64,000 bases of DNA. It comes from Carpediemonas membranifera BICM (Eukaryota; Protista; Fornicata). The DNA lies in assembly GCA_019828565.1 (NCBI GenBank), contig JAHDYR010000022.1:154885-218884 (forward strand). The letters are read 5' to 3'. The notes beneath the pieces are model-generated. The model worked only from the letters and a program-made list of their open reading frames with translations. It had not been told where the DNA came from and did not search any database. How positions within the stretch are numbered: position 1 is the first letter of the stretch; each line of letters begins with the position of its first letter. Positions 43,348 to 53,542 of the stretch are shown here, piece after piece. The position numbers and the translations under genes were made by a program.

Positions 43348-45897
43348 ATGCAGGTAGAAATATCAGAGAAAACCAGAGAATCTACGCAAAAACAGTGGAG
43401 TACCATCAGAGAACTACTAGACAGCTACCTGATCAAGGAAGGAAACGCCCGGACCTTACTACTGCGCAGAAGTGACGACTTTTCCGAAAAGTCCTTCGGC
43501 GCAAGCTCCACAGCCCGCAAGGAAGTACTAACCAACGTCAGAAGGATCCTCACAGCCTCAGGAGTGACCGACAACAGGGACACCATCTTCAGACATCCGA
43601 ACGGCATCCACGGGCTTCGCGACCTCTTCATCATGGTTACAGAGGCCCTAGACCCCAGAGAAGCAGAGATTCAGCGCATCGCCAGCTCTAACGAGCCCAC
43701 ATCAGTGAGACCAGGGCACAAGGACATGGCCAGATGGCCCAAGGAGCAGTCCATCGAACAAGCAGTCCTGCAACCCAGAGGCCAGAACCCCATTCAGTGG
43801 GACAACGTCAGAGACAGCGTCGAAAACAGAGAGACTGGCATGTACTCGGTCATCACAGGGACAGCAGAGGATGAAGCCCCCGAGTGCCTCAGCGGCGAGC
43901 AAGTGTGGGACCCGTCCAACAGAGGACCCATCACCAGAGTAGCCATAGAGCAAGAGGATGGCACCTTCAGAGTTCTACTGGACCTGGAAGACACGGAGGC
44001 ATGGCCCATCACCAGGTACATGGAAGAGGCAAGAGACATCCTGAGACTGCAGGCACCAGAGGCACCAGTGGTGTGGCAAGCGGCATGGAATAGCTCAGGA
44101 GTAGACACCAGCGGCCGTAGCGGTATCCGGAAGCGAGGGGAAGAGACGCCGCTCAGTGGCAAGCCGCAGTTTGCAGTAGTCAGAGCCGAAATCATCGGAG
44201 CAGAGATCAGCCGTGACAAGAGAGCCGAACATGCCTCCCAGGAGGACAGGTCTGCTAGCACGGACATCGACAGCGACGTAGAGATGACGAGGCCGGACAG
44301 TATCTGTGGTAGCCAAGCCCCGGCAACCCCAGCGTCTCAGAGGATAAACAGAGTCAGTGCCAACAAGAGAACCACAAGAACCCCCAAGCGGCAGGTGCTG
44401 GGGGGCGAGGCATCAGGCAAGCGCACTCAGCTTCCTATAGACAGTGTGAACAGAGACAAGGAGGTGCCGCCGAGGACTAGCCTGGAAGACATCGTCCAAG
44501 AGCATATCAGAGATCAGCAGGAGGCCAGAAGGATGGCAGGCGAAGGGAGGAGCCAGCACGAGACCAGCAGCCTGCCCTTATCAGAGACCCAGCCGAACCA
44601 GAGACTTGTCCTAGCAGCCATTGACTTTGAGTGCAGCTACACGGGCAGCTCAAGACAAGGCACACCAGCGATCCCGGTCGAAGGAGGCATTGTCATGATA
44701 GATGTGGATAGCAGTGAAGTGGTCGGCCACGGCCACGGTATGTTCTACCAGGACATGCCGCTCAACAGAGTCGAGCAGTCAAGGCACACATCATGGGCTG
44801 TCACAGGCCTAACACCAGCGACCTTCGTGGACATAGCGACAGGAAGACCCCCCAGAGACCTAGAGCAGCACGTCCACACCTTCCAGGCGTGGGGCGACCG
44901 TCTAGCGACGGAGCTCAAAGCGTATGAGAGAAGAGAAGGCTGCAGAGTCCACCTGTTCGCCAAGGGAAAGCACATGGAGATGTTCCTCCTCACAGACGCA
45001 GCGAACGGCTTAGCCGCAGAGAGCAGAGACTACTTCGCACAGAGACTAGTGGACGAAAACGAGCTGCCAACGCTGCTGGTCAGGGCTAGACCCGACCTCG
45101 AACAGAGATTCAGAGTCAATTACAACAACGCGCAGAGCATGGAGTGGCTAGACCTGTGGACCAGCCGGTGGCAGTCACGGGAAGCACCCAAGAGAGTATG
45201 CCCCTACCACAGCCACACGGCGGGGTGCTATCACTGCGCACTGGCGGACAGCACACTGTTCGCAATCAGAGTTCTAGCACTGTTCAGAGGCACCAACGGC
45301 ATCGGTGAGTTAGAGGACGCCCTCAGACTGCTGCAGCCAGCCATTGAGGAAGAGGTCAGAGCAGCCAGAGAAAGCAGTGACATCGTAGCAGGGCTGGGGT
45401 TCCAGCCGAGGCACACAGCGTTCCAGGAGTTTGGCCCCCACCCAGCGTTCAGAGAGATCAGAGACGGGCACCAGGGCAACAGGTTCCTCGTAGTGCCAGA
45501 CAGAGAACACAGGTTCGGCATTGGCTTCGGATTTGCAGAGGTAGCGATGGGGATGAAGAACCTGCTCCTATCCCCTGACGCCTTCACTGACAGAGACAAC
45601 AGAGTCACTAGGAACCCTATCTGGACACTGGAAGAGGAGCTAGACAACCCAGAGCAACTCAGAGCGGTCCAGGGCCGAGCCGGCCTTGGAGCGCACAACG
45701 AAGAGAACATGGTCACACTGTCACAGCTCGTCAACTGGTGGCCCAGCAGAGAGCGCATCGCCCGGCAAGAGACCTGGGGATGCGAAGAGCTAGCAGAGGC
45801 ACTCAGAGAGTTTGAAGGGCGCATAGCCAATGTCAAAGCCCCCCGAACGCCAGAGCCTCCATCAGAGTCGCATTCATCCCCAGAGACTGGGGACTGA
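43348..45897 (+). CDS. LINE-associated ORF with a Maelstrom-like DEDDh nuclease domain (about 44611-45290)
   Basis: AIDFE, PVEGGIV, LFAKGKHME and CPYH...HCALAD. Confidence 0.72.
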   Translation: MQVEISEKTRESTQKQWSTIRELLDSYLIKEGNARTLLLRRSDDFSEKSFGASSTARKEVLTNVRRILTASGVTDNRDTIFRHPNGIHGLRDLFIMVTEALDPREAEIQRIASSNEPTSVRPGHKDMARWPKEQSIEQAVLQPRGQNPIQWDNVRDSVENRETGMYSVITGTAEDEAPECLSGEQVWDPSNRGPITRVAIEQEDGTFRVLLDLEDTEAWPITRYMEEARDILRLQAPEAPVVWQAAWNSSGVDTSGRSGIRKRGEETPLSGKPQFAVVRAEIIGAEISRDKRAEHASQEDRSASTDIDSDVEMTRPDSICGSQAPATPASQRINRVSANKRTTRTPKRQVLGGEASGKRTQLPIDSVNRDKEVPPRTSLEDIVQEHIRDQQEARRMAGEGRSQHETSSLPLSETQPNQRLVLAAIDFECSYTGSSRQGTPAIPVEGGIVMIDVDSSEVVGHGHGMFYQDMPLNRVEQSRHTSWAVTGLTPATFVDIATGRPPRDLEQHVHTFQAWGDRLATELKAYERREGCRVHLFAKGKHMEMFLLTDAANGLAAESRDYFAQRLVDENELPTLLVRARPDLEQRFRVNYNNAQSMEWLDLWTSRWQSREAPKRVCPYHSHTAGCYHCALADSTLFAIRVLALFRGTNGIGELEDALRLLQPAIEEEVRAARESSDIVAGLGFQPRHTAFQEFGPHPAFREIRDGHQGNRFLVVPDREHRFGIGFGFAEVAMGMKNLLLSPDAFTDRDNRVTRNPIWTLEEELDNPEQLRAVQGRAGLGAHNEENMVTLSQLVNWWPSRERIARQETWGCEELAEALREFEGRIANVKAPRTPEPPSESHSSPETGD

Positions 45898-45932
45898 TCA
45901 GAACCAGAGACGCGGGGTCTATCCTGAAGCGC

Positions 45933-47121
45933 ATGCGCTGGGAAGGCCGACGCATGGTCACCACAGTGATCCCGGAAGAGGCCAGAGTCAGAATGGGGGG
46001 CATCCCACCCAGCGGATACAAACCCGACGTGGACGGCAAGGACGAGATGCCCTTCAGGGTCACGTACAGAGACACTCACCTCCAGACGGCAGTCGGCGAA
46101 GTCGAGCACCAAGTGGTAGGCAGGAACTTCAGAGACATCCTGGACCCTGCAACCCGGGTGGACAGACGCCGCGAGGTTGAGCGCCGTGACCACAGAGAGA
46201 TCAGGCGCCCGGACATCAGAGATGAGAGACACCACGACAGAGAGGTGGGTCACCAAGTTGACAGAGAGGCCAGACGGTCGGTCGACCAGGAAGTCAGGCG
46301 CCCTACTGGCAGAGAGATCGGACATCCCACCCACAGAGAAGCCATACACCTGGCCGACAGAGAGGCCAGACGTCCGGCTGACTATGAGGTCAGACGCCCC
46401 ATCGCCAGAGAAGCTGACCAACCCACCGAAAGAGACATCAGACACCCTGACGACAGAGAGGCTGGGCGCCTCATCGACAGAGAAATCAGACGTCCTGAAA
46501 TCTATGAACGCGACACGGAGCTCGAACGTCTGGAAGCCAGGGCCAACAGAGCAGAACAGGACGGTCTCCGGATCAGACCCGACTTCGAAGAGGCAGAGAG
46601 GCGCCAGCGGGAGAGAAACGAGTGGTTTAGAGAACATCTTGGAACAGCCAGAGACAACCGCAGAGGCAACCACTCCTCAGCAGCCGGCAAGCGAGGCAGC
46701 CAAGGCAGACGACCTATCCGAGTCAGGAAAGAGGAGCAGACACAGTGATGACACCGCTGGGACGGTAAGAAGCAGACTACCAGACCAGCAGGACGCCGAG
46801 AAACAGAGGCTCCTACTTCAACTGGCAGAGGCACAGCGAGAAATCTCAGCCCTCAAGGCCGCCCGGCAGAGACCCGCAGACCTGGCAGGCACTGAACCCG
46901 ACCCCCTTGTCAGACCACCGATTGAGATGGTCAAGAACAGAGACGCCGCGGTAGTGCCCCGTCGCAGGAACAAGAGCAGGAGAACCAGGACCACCAGACA
47001 GATGGACCCCATGGAGATGATGACACAGTTCATGTCCTTCATGGCCAACATGCAAGGTGGTCAGGCCCGCGACCCTGAACCGTATGATGATTCCAGTGAA
47101 AGTGAGGTCTCGGAGGAGTAA
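45933..47121 (+). CDS. LINE-associated repeat-rich ORF (two overlapping frames, probable frameshift)
   Basis: ORFs 45933-46748 and 46177-47121 overlap; C-terminal coiled coil and acidic end. Confidence 0.55.
46160..46510 (+). repeat. Degenerate 24-bp tandem repeat (8-aa unit DRExRRPx)
   Basis: Recurring GACAGAGAGGYCAGACG-like units; translation DREARRSV/DREARRPA/DREIRRPE. Confidence 0.75.
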
Positions 47122-47455
47122 GTGGATCAGAGATAAAGCAGTATTCTTTCAGAAACTAGTGTATCAGACTTTCTTTCTTTATATAACCCTGGCTCCCCAC
47201 CCAGGGCCTGGCATTAGCCCACGGGCACTGCCAGTAGGTTGCAGGCGGCAGCCAAAGGGGGGGTCACGCCACTGCGCCCCCTCCTAAGTATCCATGCCCG
47301 AGGGCGAATCGGTCACCAAGAAGCACGGAGGCTGGCCCGCCAAGGGTTACCAAGACCGGCATCGAGGCCCCTTGACGGGACAGAGACACAGTGAACCCTT
47401 AGCCCCTGCAGAAATTCTCAGAATTCGCAGGATAAGGATCAGAGCATAGTACAAC

Positions 47456-49586
47456 ATGGAAACGTTCAAGATCTTAAGCCTGAACACTCAGGGGCACATA
47501 GGACGAGGAAAGGACTTCACGGCATCAATAGCAACAGCAATTCAAACCAAACTCAGAGACATTGAAGCGGTTTGTATACAAGAGACATGGAGAACAGCAA
47601 ACACAAGAGTCCACAGCTTCATAGACTTCCAGTACGCTTTTGCAGGCAGAGAAACAGAGGAAACACTAGCAACAACGAACGAAAAGCGGAAAAGAGAGAC
47701 CAGGTGCCAGCATCGCGTGAACAGACAACTGGGAATCACAGGTGACGACCCCCTACACCCAAGTGGCACGGGACCAGAGAAGGCATCGGCACAATCGTAA
47801 GCCCGCATGCCAGAGCAACATGGGATGTCGGCATCACTGACAGCCTGTCAGGAAGAGTGCAGGCGAGTATTATGAGGACGAGCAGAGACATCATGGTAAT
47901 CACAGTGTATGCACCCACTTCAGATAAAGGGAAGACAGTGAAAGATCAGTTCAGAGACAACATCCAAGAGATACTGGACATGAAAGGGGACATGGAAGCA
48001 ATCATCATTGGGGACTGGAACATGGCCCCAGGGCCGGCACACGGAACCACCAGGTGGAAGGATGTTATGGACAAACACAAACTCAGAGCAATCATACCAG
48101 AGAGGGGCACATTATCCAGTGGCAACACCACACCGGACTTCGCAATGGTCTCAGAGGGAATCAGGAAAGCAGAGATTCAAGTGGTCAGCTCGACAGTGCT
48201 GGGAGTATGGGGGTCGGCCCACGAAGGGGTCAAGCTTGCCTGGGAAGAACCCCGATACAGAGCCAACAGAGACGATGACAGTGGCCTGGAAATGCCAGGA
48301 GTGCACACATGGAATATGAAAGGGAGGGAGGGCCACACAACAATCAAGGAGCTAGACAGAAACGGATCGATAGATCAGTGGGAGGAGACAATCAGAGCCT
48401 GCCTGGGGGAACCAGCCGGGAGAAGAGAGCCAAGCCACGAGAGCAGATAGTACAAGACAGCGCATGGGCCGACCTCCATGAAACAGAATGGTCAGAAGCA
48501 GGCAACAAGGTGAGGACGAGACTAATGAACAGCGAACTGAAGAAGTACTGGGACAAACGCAGAGAAGAGTGGATAGCCGACCTCAGCAAGAGCACAAGAG
48601 AGGGATACAAAGCATCGAGATCAATGGTAGAGGCTGCAGTCAGAAGATGGTGGTGCGACAACCAGTACAAAGGGATGCCTGGCAGCCTGCTCAAGGACGG
48701 AATGATCACCACGGACAAGGCCACGATCAGCGAAATCCTGCTTAAGCAGTACGCGAAGGTAAGTAGAGGCAGAGAACCAGAGTGGAAGGAGTGGCCTGGC
48801 ATAGGAAGGGACGAATTCTCCAAGGAGGAAGTGAAAGCAGCCATCAGTAAGATTAAGAGAGACACAGCCCCGGGCCCAGAGAACACAACAGGGACCATGC
48901 TAAGAGAACTCAATGAGCGAGGACTCAAGGAGCTTACCAGATTTATGAACAGGGTATATAGAGAAGGGAAGATCCCAGAGACGTGGAAATACGCAACAGT
49001 GTCAGCTATCCACAAGACCGGAAAACTCAGAGTTAAGCCAGAGTCGTATAGACCCATCTCGCTCACCCCGTTGCTGTACAGAGTATACGGTCGGCTGTTA
49101 AAGAAGAGACTGGAGAAGGCCACCAAAAGGTTCATACCCAGAGAACAGGCAGGATTCCAACCTGAAAGGGACGTAGTGCAGCAGATCCAGTATATAGTGC
49201 AGAGACACCAGGAAGGGGGGGAGACGACCTCAGTGTTCCTAGACATAGAGAAGGCATACGACACAGTGCCAAGAGACACCCTGATGGACAAACTCCAGGG
49301 AATGGGAGTGGAGGCCCACCTTATCAGAGCAATCCAGAGCACACTACAAGAGACATGGATATCAGTGAAAGGGGCTAAGTCATGGGAAAGGACAAACAGG
49401 GGGGTGAAGCAAGGGTGCGTACTAGCCCCGACCCTGTTTGTTCTCTTCATGGCAAACTGGCCCCACCTGGTCAGGAAAAAGCACATGAGCGAGCCCTATG
49501 ATATCAGAGAACCACCAGTGGAAACAACAAGTACCAGAGACCCACTCCCGGCAGTGCTAACCATGTTTGTGGATGACATACTGTAA
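47456..49586 (+). pseudogene. LINE APE endonuclease-reverse transcriptase (frameshifted, truncated)
   Basis: ILSLNTQG, CIQETW, TVYAPT, IGDWN, SAH (APE); APGPE, YRPISL, QAGFQ, FLDIEKAYDTV, GVKQGCVLAP, FVDD (RT). Confidence 0.93.
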
Positions 49587-50039
49587 GAATGGCTAGAGTC
49601 TCCCGGGAGATACCCTGGAGATACTCCAAAAAGTGCAAGAAAAAATGAGATTCACTAGAATCTGTTTCACATTTCACATATTTCACAAGAATATGTGAAA
49701 TGAGAAGCAAAGCTAGTGAATGTCATTTTTACTTGTCCCTCATCGTCTGTATGGCATCTATAAACAAATCGCGTATCTCTTGCAGCAGAAACTCTGTGTC
49801 ATTCACCTTTTTGTTGATTTCTTCTTCCTTTCGCAAGCCCTGAGCAGTTTTTCGGATTATTTGGTAAGAATCTTGTACTTTGGCAACTTCCACGAGCCCT
49901 GACGTTACCGTTTCTACCTTTTGGTGGCTAGTTGCTCGAATCATGACCGACAAATGTCGCAGTTTTAGGTATTGTCAATGCCAGGAGTCTACGTAAATAG
50001 ACAAATGTAACAACGTAAACAGCTTGGATAGAAATTCTC

Positions 50040-51264
50040 ATGAATTCAGAAGTGTCTGTACCAGAACCTATTGCTGCTACGCCCCCCATCAGACAGTATG
50101 GCAACAGTAAGCTCGCAAATCTCCGTCGTTCATTTGTTACAGCCGTTGTTTCTTCAGTATTTGAGGACGACGAGGCAACTGACCTCGGCTTGAGTGCACG
50201 CGACATCCATAAGGTACTTCTGGAGGTCCAGCGCAGGGTCGCCGCCGAATGCCCTGGGTTCAAGTCAATTGAACTCCGGGAACAGGTCAGGCGGACGACT
50301 GTTGTCGGCGTTACTGCGTTTATAACAGCAGTTAGACCCTCTGCGGAGTACAATGGCTCTGTCATGCAGCACATTGCTGTCCGTAGTCAGCCCTGCCATG
50401 CCGAGTTCCGCCAGATGCTCTCAGATGTTCTCTCAGATGCTGGACTGAACGATGTTTCCGACTCAATCAGCCTTGAGAACTTGCCTGTGATCAACCGGGT
50501 GAGATATAAGCCTGTCAAGCAAAAAGGCAACGGTCAAATCGACCCCGACTACGATGATCAAGGCAGAGATCCCACCGATACGGTCGACTACGCAACTGTC
50601 TTCACTTGGTGTTGGTGATGAAGCAGACACACCTCAGTCAACGACAGATCGATCGGTGCCGGTTCGGAAGAAGATCGTCTTTGACGACGAGGAAGCCAAG
50701 CGACCCAGGCTTGGTGACGACGATCTGCAGCAGGTGTCTAACAACGTGTCCGATGCTGTTGTTGACCGTATTAAGGTCCTGATCAATGACGTTGTCTCAG
50801 AGACCCGTGTGAGAGACCCGCCTACCGAACCCGAGACATGTAAGACGACTTTCCTTAGCCTTCATCAGCGCAAAATGCTATTTGGATGTCTTGTGTGTGG
50901 TACCCCCGAGTGGTTCTTCAATCCAGACGGCACTACGTTCAGGAGATGCTGTGCTTGCAAAGGTTTCCTGCACGAGCAATGTGTCAGGACGAAGGGCAAG
51001 AAGGACTACTGTCCCGCGTGCTATATTACCGGCTCTAGCAACAAGTGCCAGGCGTGCAAAAAGGGCCTAAGATCCAAGAACACGAAGAAAGCAGAAGAAC
51101 AGGCTTCTACTCTTCTTTGCTGCCGAGGCTGTCACTGGTGGTACTGTGAGCATTGCTCTGAGGAAGTGCAGTACACCATTGATGGCAAGTTGTACATCGT
51201 TCCCCTCTGCAGCAAATGTAAGGTTGTCTATAAGCGAGTAGAGGGCATGAGACCGATTGTTTAG
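50040..51264 (+). CDS. Protein with C-terminal PHD-like zinc fingers (ORFs 50040-50618 and 50554-51264, probably one gene)
   Basis: CLVC...CCAC...HEQC...CPAC (C4HC3), then CQAC...CRGC...CEHC...CSKC. One-base shift at the CCCC near 50545. Confidence 0.72.
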
Positions 51265-51307
51265 TGTTTAGTGAGAGATGATCATAAATTGTATATATAT
51301 CTGTTTA

Positions 51308-52312
51308 CTACACGTCTCTCTCAAGCGCACGGGTCATCATGCTTATGTATCGATCATTCATAAGTCTTCTCTGGTCGGTTCTTAACGGGTCATACTCGTT
51401 GACATCAGAAACGATGTCTTGCATTTCAGGAAGAGGAATGGGCCGGGCATAGCTAGTCTCAGACATGATGACCCTGGCCTCGTTGGGAAATGACAAGGAA
51501 CCATTGGCTATAATCCGTCTTCCTGCTGAGCCAGGCGCGAAACGATAGCCAGAGAAGTACTTCGTCAGAAAGAAAAGAGGATTGTCGAGGCATGTCACGC
51601 GGTAGAGCCAATAGGCGTCCTGGAGAACAAGCTCATGCGCCAGAACCTTCTCAGGAGTGAGGATAATGCATGTGTTCTTGTACTTGGCTGTCGAAATAGC
51701 ACTGCACAGCTGAGACTCCTCAGATCTGTCGAGTCCGGAGCAGGTGGCAAAGTAAATCAGACGCACACGCGTCGATCTCACCAAGGAAGGGCTCTCGAAT
51801 GACCTGAGGATGAGCTGGACCAGATCATGGTGATACAGAAACTCGTTCGTAGACGTATCAATGATCATACGCGACGTTTCTGTATCAGAATGACCCGATA
51901 TCACCCAGTAAGTGTCGAAGTTAGAGTACTGCGACGCCAACTCCTCAAGTACCTCGGCCAGATGGGACGTAGACTTAAAGGTGCGGGCAACGGCAGTCAG
52001 CCACTCATCATCAACGAGCTCTAGAGCCGTCTTGAGCTTGAAATGATAGCCAGATGAGTTGGCAAGACTTTCCACGCGGAAGACGGGGTAGGGCTGAGTC
52101 GGGGTCTCGAAACCATGCAGCGGCTCGATGGTGATTAGCACCCGTCGGTTAATCAACTTCTCTGTTGTAAAAGGACACTCGTGAGAGGAAGAAGACTTGA
52201 AACCGATCCCGCGATGTCCACGCCTGAGCTGAACCTTACCACAGACACATTCAAAGACTTCTTGGTCCTTACTGATGCGTCGCGTGCCGAATTCTCCGTA
52301 TTTCTCGTCCAT
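51308..52312 (-). CDS. Hypothetical protein, possible CHAT/caspase-fold protease with an N-terminal Zn motif
   Basis: WVISGHS and LIYFATCSG place His and Cys at strand ends; N-terminal CVCG...HEC. Confidence 0.55.
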   Translation of the reverse strand: MDEKYGEFGTRRISKDQEVFECVCGKVQLRRGHRGIGFKSSSSHECPFTTEKLINRRVLITIEPLHGFETPTQPYPVFRVESLANSSGYHFKLKTALELVDDEWLTAVARTFKSTSHLAEVLEELASQYSNFDTYWVISGHSDTETSRMIIDTSTNEFLYHHDLVQLILRSFESPSLVRSTRVRLIYFATCSGLDRSEESQLCSAISTAKYKNTCIILTPEKVLAHELVLQDAYWLYRVTCLDNPLFFLTKYFSGYRFAPGSAGRRIIANGSLSFPNEARVIMSETSYARPIPLPEMQDIVSDVNEYDPLRTDQRRLMNDRYISMMTRALERDV

Positions 52313-52507
52313 TTGCAATGTGCCAATTTTTTTTTCATGAATGGCACATTTTGATTTGAAGCAAAGGACAAGCTTTTTGATCCAAGTAAAGAGGTATACC
52401 TTCATTGCTACACTATTTATGCATGCTACTGCAGTATTGTTCGGATCTGATCAGCGATGCGCCTGTTCTTCGGATCGGGAGTTGCGAGAAAAAAAGAGAA
52501 CGAAGAT

Positions 52508-53469
52508 ATGGCGAGAAGAAAGATGCCCGCAAGGAAGCAGCAACCGGTAGGTAAGAGAAGGACTCAAAATCCACCCAACAAGACTTTTGAGTCATCTGCT
52601 TCTCCGCAGGATCAACGTCCTGCGGAAACTACTGTAACGGCAGCATCACCTCCTCCTCCGCCTCCCGAGTCGCCCGAGGATGGTAAGGAGCAAGATTCTC
52701 CTCCTCCTCCGCCTCCCGAGTCGCCTTCCCATTCATCCAGCTCGTCTGAAGCCGAGGAGGACTCCGTCGAGGGGTCCGTCATGCACGTCCACCCTAGGTG
52801 GACGCATGTTCTACCCGGGTTCAGACCTGCAGGACGTCAAGCGGCTGATTTCGGATGAGATAAGCCTTCAGGCCATTCCTGTCTCCGGCCTGGATCTCAT
52901 CCGAGACCCGTTGCGACCCCCGTCTGACCCAGGAGCCCGACCATCCGGCCCTCAACCGGACGCAGAGCGTCGGCCGAGGCATGATTGCCACTGAGGATAT
53001 CTCAGCTGGCACATGTCTCGGCATATACTTCGGGAAGCTGATTCCCGATGCTGAGACGGCCAGCAACAACGGCCAGATGGTGTTTGTTTCGCATATTCCA
53101 TTACCATTACACAGCATGTCATTCGCTGACAGTCAGGTCGCCGTCGATGCCATGTCGGCCGCAGCGGGTGTCCACCTGATTAACCACAGCCCTGACGATG
53201 TCAACTGTGAGTTCGTGGACGTCTTGGTGGATGGCCTGCCAGTGATATCGGTCAGGGCCACTGCCAACATCGTTCGCGGCGAGTTCTTGCGCATCGATTA
53301 TGGCGAGACCTACTTTGAGGCCGATGAAGAGGAGCACCCGGTTGCTCGCTTCAAGAGTCTCGCCATAGATGACCCTCACTACCTCGCTCGAAAGGTGGAG
53401 CAGTTCAAAAATACTGCAGGTCAAGCCGCAGCCCCGCAAGCGGAAGACCAAGTCCAACCCCGCCCGTAA
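52508..53469 (+). CDS. SET-domain lysine methyltransferase with an H3-like N-terminus (two homopolymer frameshifts)
   Basis: GRGMIATEDI, YFG, LINHS...NC, ATANIVRGEFLRIDYG..YF. The frames link at GGGG near 52770 and CCCCC near 52918. Confidence 0.82.
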
Positions 53470-53542
53470 GCGCTTCCACACTGCGCGCATGACTCAAGGC
53501 AAGAGTGAATAAACTTGAAGAGATATCAATTCAATCAATCAT

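Larger units (their letters stand above)
42776..49583 (+). mobile_element. Non-LTR retrotransposon (APE-RT LINE) with long upstream ORFs; RT cut off at FVDD
   Basis: Uniform A/G-rich plus strand across the span; APE and RT motifs at 47456-49586. Left boundary inferred from where DIRS-2 MT similarity stops. Confidence 0.75.

Noticed and set aside
46160-46510. Repeat array as CRISPR-like
   Set aside because: Degenerate 24-bp coding tandem units with no unique spacers and no cas genes, in a eukaryotic context.
3705-48745. Numerous long antisense or overlapping ORFs (e.g. 3705-4532, 15587-16204, 45231-46673, 48392-49486)
   Set aside because: Shadow frames of GC-rich, codon-biased real genes, with no motifs of their own.
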